From the NCBI GenBank assembly GCA_044226015.1, contig JBGAHS010000005.1, positions 64,001 through 128,000 of the forward strand: a stretch of 64,000 nt of DNA, in the 5' to 3' direction. The translations under genes were made by a program, and so were the position numbers. Of the stretch, positions 8,519 to 18,912 are shown one piece after another (position 1 is the first letter of the stretch; each line of letters opens with the position of its first letter). Under the pieces are notes generated by a model that was not told the DNA's origin, did no database searches, and was given only the letters and a program-made list of their open reading frames with translations. The DNA is from Candidatus Obscuribacteraceae bacterium. Lineage in GTDB: Bacteria > Cyanobacteriota > Vampirovibrionia > Obscuribacterales > Obscuribacteraceae.

Positions 8519-9460
8519 TTACATTGCGCGAACTACACTAATCAGCAAAAAGATTGCAATCATTATTAGTCCTGCGCCAAGTGTCAGCAATGTGGAAAAA
8601 GCAAATCCCAATGTGAACAAGATTGGACCCAGATGTCTGGCCCTTTCTCCCCACCATGCTCTTGCTGTGAGTTCGCAAATCCACCCGGCACTGTAGCAAA
8701 TATTGGCTAAAATTCCGTATTCAATTGTTCCTGAGATAGCAAAACCCAGATCAGCAAGCCCCGTAAGATAAACGATGGCGAGTGTGGGAAGTCCACAAAG
8801 CCCTACTGCCAGATTGAAGACAAAACGGCGACTTTCCCACCAGGTGACTATTGAAGCCGCGCCCCTGGGTTCCTCTGGCACTGTTGTGAGACTCGAAAAA
8901 ATTGTCTTAAATAATCTGACAAACCCATGTTCAGATGGTCCCAGGAGGTTGAGGAAATTTTGCAGCTGCTCTGGAGAAGACTGCTCCAGAAGATGAAAAA
9001 ACTCATCAGAGGGCAATTCCTTCAGAATTTTGTGCGCGGACATTCTGTCTTTTGGAATGAGTGATTTCTGTTCTCTGGCAACATTATCGACAAAATGAAT
9101 CGCCTGATTGCTGGCTATTTCAATGTTACATTCCTGTCTCAAGCGTTCGATAACTGAGCTGCTCTCAGTTTGATTTCCGCTCCTGGGTAAATGAAAGTTT
9201 TGCTCGAGAGGCTCATGGGTCATTAGAGTTAGAAGCTCATCACAGCTGGCTTCTAAATCAACGGCGTGCAATCTTTCTTTCAGCGGCTGCTTTTTTGAGT
9301 TCGTTTCAGCATCGGCAAGCGCAAGACTCGATTCAGGGTTGTCTTCATCACCAGGCTTGCCCTCAACTATCCGAACTTCGACATCGCTGAGTTCTTTTTC
9401 ACTGCTTTTCACGCTGGTGGAATCGTCTTTCAGGAGAGCCTCCCCCTTGCTTTCTTTCAC
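8519..9460 (-). CDS. Hypothetical membrane protein (acidic N-terminus, C-terminal TM domain)
   Basis: C-terminal hydrophobic helices with WWESRR...LANICY..GW. Confidence 0.75.
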   Translation of the reverse strand: MKESKGEALLKDDSTSVKSSEKELSDVEVRIVEGKPGDEDNPESSLALADAETNSKKQPLKERLHAVDLEASCDELLTLMTHEPLEQNFHLPRSGNQTESSSVIERLRQECNIEIASNQAIHFVDNVAREQKSLIPKDRMSAHKILKELPSDEFFHLLEQSSPEQLQNFLNLLGPSEHGFVRLFKTIFSSLTTVPEEPRGAASIVTWWESRRFVFNLAVGLCGLPTLAIVYLTGLADLGFAISGTIEYGILANICYSAGWICELTARAWWGERARHLGPILFTLGFAFSTLLTLGAGLIMIAIFLLISVVRAM

Positions 9461-9503
9461 TATAGCACGGGATAAATAGGCACAGTTCCACTCACTGGTC
9501 TTC

Positions 9504-10220
9504 TCAGAGAAAGAGTCCCAGTGTGTTCTTGTAATTAAGGCTTAAGTCAGGATTGTTTTTGTAGATTTCGTCCATCTGAACTACGAAATCGTCCGGGTAA
9601 ACGTCTGCATCGAAAATCTGGTCATACATGTAGACCGCAAAATTTGGATATTTCACCCACAAGTTCAATTGACCCCAGAATGTAGTGTCATTTTCCATGT
9701 CGCCTTTCATTTCAGCGCCGAGAATTGGATATTCGCCGTGCGAATCGGGCTGCCCTACGTACATATAGTGTGTCTGGTTGCCGACGTTAGGAAGTTTGAA
9801 CAGCTTTCCGCTCAGCTCAAGCTGCAAATATCCCCGAGGTGAGCTAACAGGATCTACCCAACCTGCTTCCGGGCGACCAGAAACGAGAGTCAGCTCTTCA
9901 ACAGGCTTCCATGCCAAATCTTCAATCATGTGTTGAATTTCGGTATCGAGATCAATTGGCTCCCACTCATTAGGCGTGGTTGCGCCGATCGGACCTGTGT
10001 GGTCGAACATGCCCCAGTCATTGCACATTGAATAAAAGGTGCAATCATAAGCCAAATATCGCAGGAGTGTCGGCGGCGGCTTCTTGCCGTCCAGCCTCAG
10101 CAAGTCAAGCGCTGTCTGAGACATCGGCTTTGCTTCGTCTGTATTCATCCGAGTGCTCAACTCTTCAATGCACGCATCGACGAGGGAAAGAGGCAACATC
10201 TTCACTGGATTGAACTTCAT
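9504..10220 (-). CDS. Hypothetical protein, possibly SMI1/KNR4 (SUKH)-like
   Basis: GGAGA SD; PPTLLRYL...GEYPIL...YPNFAVYM pattern loosely matches the SUKH layout. Confidence 0.5.
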   Translation of the reverse strand: MKFNPVKMLPLSLVDACIEELSTRMNTDEAKPMSQTALDLLRLDGKKPPPTLLRYLAYDCTFYSMCNDWGMFDHTGPIGATTPNEWEPIDLDTEIQHMIEDLAWKPVEELTLVSGRPEAGWVDPVSSPRGYLQLELSGKLFKLPNVGNQTHYMYVGQPDSHGEYPILGAEMKGDMENDTTFWGQLNLWVKYPNFAVYMYDQIFDADVYPDDFVVQMDEIYKNNPDLSLNYKNTLGLFL

Positions 10221-10560
10221 GAGCCTGGACTGTATCTCCTCTGGAGCCTGGAACTAGTGCTTTGCAACAAACGCATTTTTATCAAGTCTATGCGTTCAAT
10301 TCTTTATGCCACAAGGCTGCGAGCTCCATGCATTATTTCAGATAGCTTTGAAATAAACCTACAAAGTTATATGTTATAAGCATTCGCAGAATTTTTCATG
10401 CATTATCTCTCGAATAGTTTTCGTTCTGACACAGAGCGTAAATGCCAAGCGATGGACTTTTGTTCACGATGCTATTATGCAAGGCGCGGAAAGGTCCGCC
10501 GGTTAAATCTTGGCGCTACCGGCTGGAATCTGAGGATAGGCTTTCTAACAGGTAATTCAT

Positions 10561-11094
10561 ATGCTGCAAAGAATCAGAAGAGTGGTCACTGGTCATAATG
10601 CCGACGGAAAATCGATCATAGTCAGCGATGATGTCTCGCCTCACGCTGTTGCGGTGATGGATGAGCCGGCCTATGGTTTGACCAATTTATGGATATCATC
10701 TTCTACTCCCGCTGATAATGTGACTCCAGGGGATGCTGCAGATAGGAAAATTGTGCTGGAACCGCCCAAGGGTGGGTCAATTTTTAGAGTGGTGGAGTTT
10801 CCTCCTGATAAATCTATGATTGGGAAACTGAATCCAAAAGCCGTCTTTGAGGCTTTGGACGCAGCTTCAACATTGGATACTAACAATCCGCGCCACCCTG
10901 CAATGCACAAAACAAGCACACTGGACTATGCAATTATTTTGTCCGGTGAAATCTATGCCATGATGGATGAAGGTGAAACTCTCATGAAGGCTGGCGATTG
11001 CCTTGTTCAACGGGGTACCAATCATGCCTGGAGTAACAGGAGTGACAAATCCTGTTTGATAGCATTCATATTGATTGACGCTGAGCAAGTATAA
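10561..11094 (+). CDS. Cupin domain protein
   Basis: RRVVTGH...MHKTSTLDYAIILSGE...GDCLVQRGTNHAWSNRS. Confidence 0.92.
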   Translation: MLQRIRRVVTGHNADGKSIIVSDDVSPHAVAVMDEPAYGLTNLWISSSTPADNVTPGDAADRKIVLEPPKGGSIFRVVEFPPDKSMIGKLNPKAVFEALDAASTLDTNNPRHPAMHKTSTLDYAIILSGEIYAMMDEGETLMKAGDCLVQRGTNHAWSNRSDKSCLIAFILIDAEQV

Positions 11095-11139
11095 GCAGAG
11101 CTCGAAAGATTCGAGTAGCTATATCAGCAGCGCTTGAAT

Positions 11140-13302
11140 CTAAGCTAATTCAACTTCCACAAGTGCATCGTAGAAAGTAGCTGCAGCACCGAAATCAGTC
11201 AGCGCTTGTGAGGTGACATCATTAGCATTACAGCCGTCTCGTGTAAGCTTTTTCCACCAAATGGAGAGTGCCACCACGACGCCATTTCTTGCTTTACGCG
11301 TGACTCTGGCGCGAGCGCTAAATCTTCCGCGCTCATTGAAAATACTTACCATGTCACCGTCCTTGATACCGCGGACTCCAGCATCGTCCGGATGAATATC
11401 GAGATAAGGTTCTTTTGCAAGTTTGAGAAAGCTGGGAAGATTTGCAAAACTCGAATTCAAAAAATTATGTGCTGGTGGCGAGATTACTTGCAGTGGATAT
11501 TTTTTTGCTAGTTCGGGCGCCGTCTGTTGAGACTCGATGGGCGCAATGTAGTCTGGCAATGGGTCGAGTCCTTGCTTTTGTAGCGTCTCGCTGTAGAACT
11601 CACATTTCCCTGATTTTGTTGGAAAATTTCCTTGCGCAAATGGTGCGTAGGTTGATGGAACGTTAAGTCTCATCCAGCCATTTTTTTTCAAGTCTGCGAG
11701 ATTTACATCCTTCATTTTGCGGTCGCTAAAGTCAAAGGCTTGCGCCGCTATTTCCTCATCGCTGTCGTTGAAGCAAGCCTCAGTGAAGCCCATTTTTCGA
11801 GCTAGCAAGCGAAAGACTTCCGTATTCGGTTTCGCTTCTCCCAATGGAGCTATCGCTGGGTTGTTCGCCATCACGTAGAGGTGTCCGTACGATTTGTGAA
11901 TGTCGAACTGCTCTAATTGTGTTGTTGCTGGAAGCAGAATGTCGGCGTAGTCGGCTGTGTCTGTCTGAAAAATCTCATGCACTACTGTGAAGAGATCTTC
12001 CCGCTTAAAACCATCTATCACTTTTTTAGAATCAGGAGCTACTGCCACAGGGTTAGAATCAAAAACAAAAATCGCTTTGACTGGCGGGGCTAAATCAGAC
12101 AGTTCTTGTACGACTCTTGTGCCATTTCCATCTTGAAAATTCAATTTGCTCTGGCGTTGCTTGCCGAGCAACGCATCACCAATCGCCGACATGTTGATTG
12201 TTCGGGGATTATTCCAAATAAGTTCGGGGCGCTGAAGTGCAGCATTATCTATTGGGAAAGTTCCCGAACTTGATAAAAGCATTCCGCCGGCAGCATCTCT
12301 CCACGAACCTATGAGAGCAGGTAGGCAGGCTACTGTTCTGACCGCCATGCCTCCGCCTGCGTGTCGCTGCATTCCATAATTGAGCCTGATCACTGCAGGC
12401 TTTGTGTTTGCGTATTCTCTGCTCAGATTGATAATTTCTTCAACGCTAAGTCCTGTAATTTGCGCTGCTCGCTCTGGCGTCCAATTTGAAACACGTTCTT
12501 TAAGCTCTTCATAGCCTACTGTGTATTTTGAAATGTAGTCATAATCGATTAGCTGTTCTTTGATAATCACATGCATCATTGCCAGAGCTAGGGCGCCATC
12601 TGTGCCCGGAAGAAGAGCAAGATGCTGATCACACTTTTCCGCTGAGAGTGAGCGATAAGGATCTATGGCGATCAACTTAGCACCATTTCGTTGTGCATGA
12701 AGGATTTTCGGCCAGAGATGAACGTTAGATGTTATGGGGTTGGAACCCCAGATCAAAATAAGCTTTGAGTTAGTGAATTGTTCCATATCAGTGCCGATGG
12801 AGGCACCAATAGTGATGCGATATCCGGTGGCACCTGCAGTGGCGCAAATTGTTCGATCAAGGAGTGATGCACCAAGTTTATGAAAAAAACGATGGTCCAT
12901 AGATGACCCTTGCACAAGACCCATTGTTCCAGCATAACTGTATGGCAAAATGGCTTGGGGACCGAATTCAGTAATTATCGAGTGAAATTTGTTTGCAATA
13001 ATATCGATGGCTTCGTCCCAGGAGATCCTCTCAAAACGTCCCTCGCCTTTCTTTCCAATGGACTTCATTGGATAGAGAATGCGATCATCACTATATGTTC
13101 TTTCTAAATATCGATTGACTTTGGTGCATAAAAAGCCGCAGGTCGTTGGGTGCTCTTCTGCTCCGCGAATAGCTACTGCAACTCCTTTTTCAACTATAGT
13201 CTCAAGTGCGCAAGTGTCTGGGCAATCATGTGGGCAAGCTCCACGGACAATTGTTCTGTCTGGAGATTCAGTTGCTTGGCTTAATGTCTCATCGTTCATC
13301 AT
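11140..13302 (-). CDS. Molybdopterin-dependent oxidoreductase (Mo-bisPGD family, 4Fe-4S)
   Basis: CPHDCPDTC...C Fe-S motif, ISWDEA, TDTADYADILLPA, C-terminal IHPDDA..RGI.DGD. Confidence 0.93.
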   Translation of the reverse strand: MMNDETLSQATESPDRTIVRGACPHDCPDTCALETIVEKGVAVAIRGAEEHPTTCGFLCTKVNRYLERTYSDDRILYPMKSIGKKGEGRFERISWDEAIDIIANKFHSIITEFGPQAILPYSYAGTMGLVQGSSMDHRFFHKLGASLLDRTICATAGATGYRITIGASIGTDMEQFTNSKLILIWGSNPITSNVHLWPKILHAQRNGAKLIAIDPYRSLSAEKCDQHLALLPGTDGALALAMMHVIIKEQLIDYDYISKYTVGYEELKERVSNWTPERAAQITGLSVEEIINLSREYANTKPAVIRLNYGMQRHAGGGMAVRTVACLPALIGSWRDAAGGMLLSSSGTFPIDNAALQRPELIWNNPRTINMSAIGDALLGKQRQSKLNFQDGNGTRVVQELSDLAPPVKAIFVFDSNPVAVAPDSKKVIDGFKREDLFTVVHEIFQTDTADYADILLPATTQLEQFDIHKSYGHLYVMANNPAIAPLGEAKPNTEVFRLLARKMGFTEACFNDSDEEIAAQAFDFSDRKMKDVNLADLKKNGWMRLNVPSTYAPFAQGNFPTKSGKCEFYSETLQKQGLDPLPDYIAPIESQQTAPELAKKYPLQVISPPAHNFLNSSFANLPSFLKLAKEPYLDIHPDDAGVRGIKDGDMVSIFNERGRFSARARVTRKARNGVVVALSIWWKKLTRDGCNANDVTSQALTDFGAAATFYDALVEVELA

Positions 13303-13351
13303 TTTGTCTTCACCTGTTTACTTAGGATATCAGACTGAGAGCTGTGACACA

Positions 13352-13399
13352 AAATGAAGAGCCCCTGACCTTATATTGGTAGTCAGGGGCTCTTCATTT
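13352..13399 (-). terminator. Intrinsic terminator-like hairpin with perfect 18-bp stem
   Basis: AAATGAAGAGCCCCTGAC (13352-13369)/GTCAGGGGCTCTTCATTT (13382-13399), just downstream of the 13421-13762 gene. Confidence 0.8.
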
Positions 13400-13420
13400 G
13401 CCGTATTATCGCGCCGAATA

Positions 13421-13762
13421 TTAGTCGCTGTAGACGTTGTTCATACGATCACGATAGATTTTAACGCTGAGTTCAGTCATGTCGTCGTGCAGAGCTTTTG
13501 TATCTGGAACGCTTAGCTTGCCGCCGTTTTTGTCTTTCATCTTTTCCATTTTTGATTTCAAAGAATCAACGCTCTTCTTCAGTGCATCGACTTGCTTTGT
13601 TGTCAATTCATTGGCAGATCTGCCTTCATCAATTTCTTTGGACAATTTTTCGATGCGCTCAGTAACTGTCCACTTTTTAGCTTCTGCTGATTGTGGTGTG
13701 AAGTAGGCTCCGGCAAAGAGAAATGCACTCATCATTAGCGTTACCATTACTCTCTGTGTCAT
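13421..13762 (-). CDS. Small secreted helical protein
   Basis: Signal peptide (AEA-KK); GGAGG SD; I..G....LT..Q...L...GGKLS motif shared with 39792-40454. Confidence 0.85.
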   Translation of the reverse strand: MTQRVMVTLMMSAFLFAGAYFTPQSAEAKKWTVTERIEKLSKEIDEGRSANELTTKQVDALKKSVDSLKSKMEKMKDKNGGKLSVPDTKALHDDMTELSVKIYRDRMNNVYSD

Positions 13763-13867
13763 AGTTTAACCTCCGTAATAAGTCTGACCACACAAAGTAT
13801 AACAGTCGTTTGTGTGAGAGGTGCAGCCTTAATGCAGCAGGATCTTTATGATTCCTGGAATTGATTT

Positions 13868-14503
13868 CTATTTCTTGAAGTATTCCATGGGGGGACCCGG
13901 TCTTCCTACGAAGCAATGTTTGTTGAAGCCGTAGTATTTTATTTGTGCTACAGCAGCTTTTGCCGCATCAGCATCACGTGCGAAGTCTTCCATCCAGTTT
14001 GAGCCACATGTTACTTTCCATGAGCCATTGATTTGCTCAGCTTTTACTTCTTCGGTGTTGAATGGCAATTCGTCTTCACCTTCAAGAGTGCCTTGCGGGG
14101 CTTGTCCATCACTCAGAAAATACATCATTGGACGAGGTGTATTGCGTCCCACGAAACAGATTTCGTTGAGCTTATATGTTTTGATCGTTTTTTCAGCAAT
14201 AGCCATGTGACTCTGGTTATCGGCAAAATCGAGAATCCAGTGGTCACCATCTACTAGTTTCCAGCGTCCATCAATATTTTTTGCCTGAACCCTGTTGTTA
14301 TTAAAGCAAATGCAATCGCGCTTATTGAGCGCACTATCGTCGAGTTTTGCATCACCTGCAGATACGAGTTTCCTCGTTACAGGTTTGTCATTCTCCAGGT
14401 ATTGGTCGTTTACTGTAATGCCACCTATCAATGTTTGTGCCTGCGCAGAGCTAACGCTCAGCAAAAATGCGGCGATGATGTTGATGTTCTTGTAGCGATA
14501 CAT
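13868..14503 (-). CDS. Secreted protein with an internally duplicated ~60-aa domain
   Basis: Signal peptide; VQAKNIDGRWKLVDGDHWILDF...ICFVGRNTPRPMMYF repeated as VKAEQINGSWKVTCGSNWMEDF...HCFVGRPGPPMEYF. Confidence 0.85.
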   Translation of the reverse strand: MYRYKNINIIAAFLLSVSSAQAQTLIGGITVNDQYLENDKPVTRKLVSAGDAKLDDSALNKRDCICFNNNRVQAKNIDGRWKLVDGDHWILDFADNQSHMAIAEKTIKTYKLNEICFVGRNTPRPMMYFLSDGQAPQGTLEGEDELPFNTEEVKAEQINGSWKVTCGSNWMEDFARDADAAKAAVAQIKYYGFNKHCFVGRPGPPMEYFKK

Positions 14504-14668
14504 TTTGAGATTCCTGAACTTGGAGATATTGCTACTTCTTCAATTGGGAAATTAGGGTGATTTCTATAATTAATCAAAGTTTGATCATACACGAATGTAC
14601 CTTATTTGTGGATTTAGCCTTGATAGAAGTGGTATAACAATAGCAATTCTTTTGATGGCGTTCTGCTA

Positions 14669-15571
14669 ATGGTAAGTTTCGCAAAACATTCTTGTGGTGA
14701 TAGCCGGCTCGCTTGTTCGGACTGTGGGGCGACTGTTTGTCCAAAATGTATGGTCGAATGTCCTGTTGGCAATAGATGCAAGAAATGTGCCGCCAAAACT
14801 GAAAGTCACATTTTAAAGGTTACGCCTGGTATTGCAATCAGAACCTTCCTAGTGGCAATGCTTGCAGGGTTCGCTTTTACATTTTTGAATCCGTTTGGAA
14901 GTTTCTCCTTTTACTCTTGGATTATCGTTTATTTTGTTGGAACCCTGGTTGGTAATTTGATACATCGTATATCGGGTTACAAGATGGGTGCTGTTATTGT
15001 TGCGGTAGTAATTGCGGGGGTTGCGCTTGGCGCAGTTGCTAACCCTGACACCCTTGTTAATCCGATTGCTAAGCCCGATGCAATTGATGCTCTAGACTAT
15101 GATCTTATGCAAGATGTTGATATGGAGGATTCGGATGCGATGGACGGAGAATTCTCTGGTTCATCTGCTACCAGAAAAGATTCGAGTTCGAAGATAGATA
15201 AAACTACAACTGATGTAACTGATGATAGCAAAGGTACGAACGATGCAGGCTCAGCGACAACTAATGACTCAAGCTTAAACAAAGCTGATTCAACTGATGC
15301 ATTGCAAGCCGGCGCTGATGGCGATTCTAAAGCCGTAGTAGAAGGCGATTCAAAAGCTGGCGCTGATAGCGATTCCAAATTTAAGCATGCCAGCGAGCTC
15401 AAAAAACAGAGAATGAAAATGCGTCAAGAGAAAGCTCGTGCGATGGCAAAAACTCTTTCTTCAACAAGGCACTTTTGGAAGCTCATTGATTTGCTTGTGT
15501 TTGTGGTGGGCGTGCTTACCCCATTTACGGGGATTGTTCCAAATTTTCCATTTTATGGTTTTCGTCGTTGA
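14669..15571 (+). CDS. B-box-like zinc-finger membrane protein
   Basis: H.C...LACSDCGATVCPKCM..CPVG.RCKKCA, three TM helices, Asp/Ser-rich linker, C-terminal TM. Confidence 0.75.
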   Translation: MVSFAKHSCGDSRLACSDCGATVCPKCMVECPVGNRCKKCAAKTESHILKVTPGIAIRTFLVAMLAGFAFTFLNPFGSFSFYSWIIVYFVGTLVGNLIHRISGYKMGAVIVAVVIAGVALGAVANPDTLVNPIAKPDAIDALDYDLMQDVDMEDSDAMDGEFSGSSATRKDSSSKIDKTTTDVTDDSKGTNDAGSATTNDSSLNKADSTDALQAGADGDSKAVVEGDSKAGADSDSKFKHASELKKQRMKMRQEKARAMAKTLSSTRHFWKLIDLLVFVVGVLTPFTGIVPNFPFYGFRR

Positions 15572-15640
15572 TACGAATGTTCAAGATTTGGGGAACAGAT
15601 TGACTGCTCCCCAAATTTATTGATGCCCAGATGTCTGATA

Positions 15641-16039
15641 CTATCTGTGGTGCCTGTTGTGATGTTCGTATCGCTTATGCCTGTCATGAAAGTCATGTCG
15701 ATCATTCAGATGAGGTCCGAGATGTCTAGGGACAGGGAATGGCACCGGAAATGGCGCTGGGAAAGGCGCCGGATTTGGTCGTCCGCAATTATTGGGAATC
15801 CATCCCACATATTCTTCGTATCCTGAATTTCTTTCCCTGACACTGACACCGCCGCTTCCATATATTACTACGTCATCTCGGCGCATTGGTCCGCTAAGCT
15901 GATGAGCTCGATTTGCCAGCGCCACTGTATGGCAAGGACTCTCAAAAATCTCTTGCCTTAAAACATTGGCTGCGTCCATGGTATCGCCAACGACAAGGTC
16001 CGTCGCCAGTCGGCGAGCTTGAAACTCAAAATTACTCAT
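15641..16039 (-). CDS. Hypothetical protein with PFP repeats and a His/Arg-rich tail
   Basis: GAGG SD before ATG; PAPFPAPFPVPFPVP followed by HLGPHLNDRHDFHDRHKRYEHHNRHHR. Confidence 0.7.
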   Translation of the reverse strand: MSNFEFQARRLATDLVVGDTMDAANVLRQEIFESPCHTVALANRAHQLSGPMRRDDVVIYGSGGVSVRERNSGYEEYVGWIPNNCGRPNPAPFPAPFPVPFPVPRHLGPHLNDRHDFHDRHKRYEHHNRHHR

Positions 16040-16274
16040 TTAGAAGCACCTCTTCCTGTTTGGGGGGATTCAGCCAGCTATGCTTACTTCGGATATTAAA
16101 TTGAGAAATGTTCCAGTCAATGCGGGAAACACCAGTGAAGTCATTGACAGATTCCTTGGTGACCTTTCATAAAGGTGCAGAGATCCACCTGGTCATGTAT
16201 TCGGGCTGTCATCTCCAGTCTTAAATATCCTAAAAGAAAGAGTAGAATGGAAGTCAGGTTTCTTCCAGGACAGA

Positions 16275-18872
16275 GTGCAAAGCGGAATGCTATCACCAGG
16301 CACAATAATTGCTGAGCGATATGAAATCATCTCCAGTATTGGTGATGGTGGCATGGGTAGCGTATACAAAGGCAGGCAGATAGGACTCGACAGAATTATA
16401 GCTTTGAAAACTCTTCATCCGCATTTGCTAGCTGATGCAAATTCACGAGACAGATTCGAGCGCGAAGGGAAAATCTTATCACTGCTCACTCACGAACATC
16501 TGATGGTCTTCTATGAGTTCGGATTTTTTGATGAAGTGAGCCCGTTCATGGCAATGGAATTCGTCGACGGAATGAACCTGCGTAAGATCTTGAGCGTGGG
16601 CGGTAAGTTAGAGTGGAAGCGATGTTTGAAGATCGCTGAACAGGTTGCAGAAGCTCTGGCTTATTCGCACCGTCATCACATTGTTCATCGTGACTTGAGT
16701 CCGAGCAACATTATGCTTGTGTCAAGCAGTGACGATTTTGTCAAAGTAATTGATTTTGGTTTAGCACGGTTGTTTGGCGATGGAAAAGGCGCTTTGCAAA
16801 CTCTCACAGAAACAGGACTCCTGGTTGGCAATCCGCTCTACATGAGCCCTGAGCAGTGTCTGGGAAAAAAGGTAGATTCTCGTTCAGATATCTATTCATT
16901 TTCATGCATTCTATATGAGTGTCTCGCTGGTGAAACTCCTTTTTCGGCAGACAATCCAATTGGTGTTATTCACAAGCATATTAATGAAGAAGTGATTCCG
17001 CTCTCAATCAAGGCGAAAATTCCAATCGAACTGTCCTCAGTGATCGAAAAGGGTCTGCAGAAAAATCCTGAGCATCGATATCAATCGATGGAAGAATATC
17101 TTTCAGACTTGCGCTATTTATTGAAGGATGAATATGAGAGTGTGCTGGCAGCTTCTGAATTCTCACGGAGCACTGGTGTTTCGCGAAAGACAAAGACAGT
17201 TTTGCTCTGGTACAGTATTTTGATTTTGGGTTTGCTGTCTACTCTAGCTTTCCTCTATTCAGAGCCAGGCATTGCAACACCAATTGCCCTATTTATGCGG
17301 CAAAATAAAACTGAGAAGGTCTACCAAGAAGCGGAAAAATTTGCCGACTGGCTTGAGGAAGTGAAGCGATACAAGTCGGCTGAACTTATTTACTCCACCA
17401 TTTCCAATTTGTACAATCCATCGCTTCCCGACGGAAAAGCAGCAATTCGATGGTTCAAACTTTCACGAGTTCAATTCGCATTGCATCAAAGCAATCTGGC
17501 ATCAAAATCGCTGGTTTTGGGTTTTCGTTCTATCGATAATATGCCTGCTGAGAAATTAGCCCCGTATGCGCCATACATTGATGAGCTTATTCCGAAAATG
17601 CTTCATTCTGGTCTTGTAATTCCTGGTGAAGCCAAAGGTTGTCTGCACCGCCTTGCTGCAGGCTATTCCGACTTAAAAGACGTTGAGACAACAAAAAGAT
17701 TATGGGACTTGATTGTTTACAAGATTGGCACTGGCAGTCTCTACGCAATGTCTCTTGAATTACTGGACAACATAGGTATTCTCAATGATAGTGGCAGAAC
17801 AGAAGAGTCCGCTATAGTGTCATCTGTGTTGCTGGATTATTTCGATCCAAAAGCATTCAAATCGAAGTTGAAAGAGTTTTCCATAGCGACCAATTTATGC
17901 AAACTCTGTGTTGATATTTCTGATCTCAAGCGTGCAGCACAGTTTCTCAAGCTGGCTGAAGACTTGATGGACTCTGGGCTTGATATGTCAATTCTCGACA
18001 GGCAAGTTTACTATTCTACAAAAGGGATGTATTTGTACAAAAGTGGTGACCATGCTCAAGGGCTTATTCATTTGAGAAAAGGTTTGGAGCTGGCAAAGAA
18101 TATCGGCGACGGTGGCACTGTTGCTTTGATATCGGCACAGTGTTTGTCACACATATATTGGCAAGAAGGAAAACGCGACCAAGGTATAGCTGTTTTGTCA
18201 GCTGCTCTGTCATCGTATAACAGACCTCCGCACAATCTGTCAGCTTTCAATTCCAGCTCAATCGACCTGGCTAATATGCTTCTGGATAGAAACAAAATTG
18301 CCCAAGCCAAAGTGTTGATCAAAGAAGTTGGCTCTGAGTTAACGATGGACTCAAGAAATGAATTGTTAGCTTATTCGCTTTTGCTCAGTGTTAAGGAAGG
18401 CAACTGGGCTGCCTTTCTTTCGAATCTGAAATCTGCTGTAAGTTCCTTGCCAAAAGACTACTGTGTTGCATATTTGCAAGATCCTTTACTCCAAGCCTTT
18501 CTGAAAGGTGAGAAAATACCTTGGGTCGATATTCGACAGATCGCAAATGAGCACCAGGGGCTGAGCCCAGTGTTTGTAGCGGCTACCGCATCAGTTGCTC
18601 AAATAAGGGGCGAGCGAGGAAAAATCGACAGGTGTTTTGTTTTATTAGACGAGGCAAAGAAGAAAATCGAGAGTGTTAGTTCTGGGATGAAAGAACCTTG
18701 CATATTGGCTCTGAGAGTACGTTTGCCAGGTATAGCTAATGTACTATATAAAAACAATCACGTTGACGCTTTGAAGCAACTAGTAGCTTACTGTCAGAGT
18801 TTTCCTGCAAATGAACTTGTTAAAGAATCCGCGTATGTTGAAGATTTGCTGAAACAAAAAGCGAAGGTCTAA
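16275..18872 (+). CDS. Hanks-type Ser/Thr protein kinase with TM segment and TPR-like helical C-terminus
   Basis: IGDGGMGSVY, IALK, HRDLSPSN, DFGLA, YMSPEQ, SDIYS; TM around aa 310-330. Confidence 0.93.
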   Translation: MQSGMLSPGTIIAERYEIISSIGDGGMGSVYKGRQIGLDRIIALKTLHPHLLADANSRDRFEREGKILSLLTHEHLMVFYEFGFFDEVSPFMAMEFVDGMNLRKILSVGGKLEWKRCLKIAEQVAEALAYSHRHHIVHRDLSPSNIMLVSSSDDFVKVIDFGLARLFGDGKGALQTLTETGLLVGNPLYMSPEQCLGKKVDSRSDIYSFSCILYECLAGETPFSADNPIGVIHKHINEEVIPLSIKAKIPIELSSVIEKGLQKNPEHRYQSMEEYLSDLRYLLKDEYESVLAASEFSRSTGVSRKTKTVLLWYSILILGLLSTLAFLYSEPGIATPIALFMRQNKTEKVYQEAEKFADWLEEVKRYKSAELIYSTISNLYNPSLPDGKAAIRWFKLSRVQFALHQSNLASKSLVLGFRSIDNMPAEKLAPYAPYIDELIPKMLHSGLVIPGEAKGCLHRLAAGYSDLKDVETTKRLWDLIVYKIGTGSLYAMSLELLDNIGILNDSGRTEESAIVSSVLLDYFDPKAFKSKLKEFSIATNLCKLCVDISDLKRAAQFLKLAEDLMDSGLDMSILDRQVYYSTKGMYLYKSGDHAQGLIHLRKGLELAKNIGDGGTVALISAQCLSHIYWQEGKRDQGIAVLSAALSSYNRPPHNLSAFNSSSIDLANMLLDRNKIAQAKVLIKEVGSELTMDSRNELLAYSLLLSVKEGNWAAFLSNLKSAVSSLPKDYCVAYLQDPLLQAFLKGEKIPWVDIRQIANEHQGLSPVFVAATASVAQIRGERGKIDRCFVLLDEAKKKIESVSSGMKEPCILALRVRLPGIANVLYKNNHVDALKQLVAYCQSFPANELVKESAYVEDLLKQKAKV

Positions 18873-18912
18873 CCTTGGAGTAAGACCTTCGCAAATTCAC
18901 TCAGGGTATGGT

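Noticed and set aside
16686..16709. Pseudokinase, because HRDLSPSN replaces HRDLKPxN
   Set aside because: The catalytic Asp and Asn, the ATP-site Lys, DFG and the Gly loop are all intact; one substitution is not enough to call it inactive.
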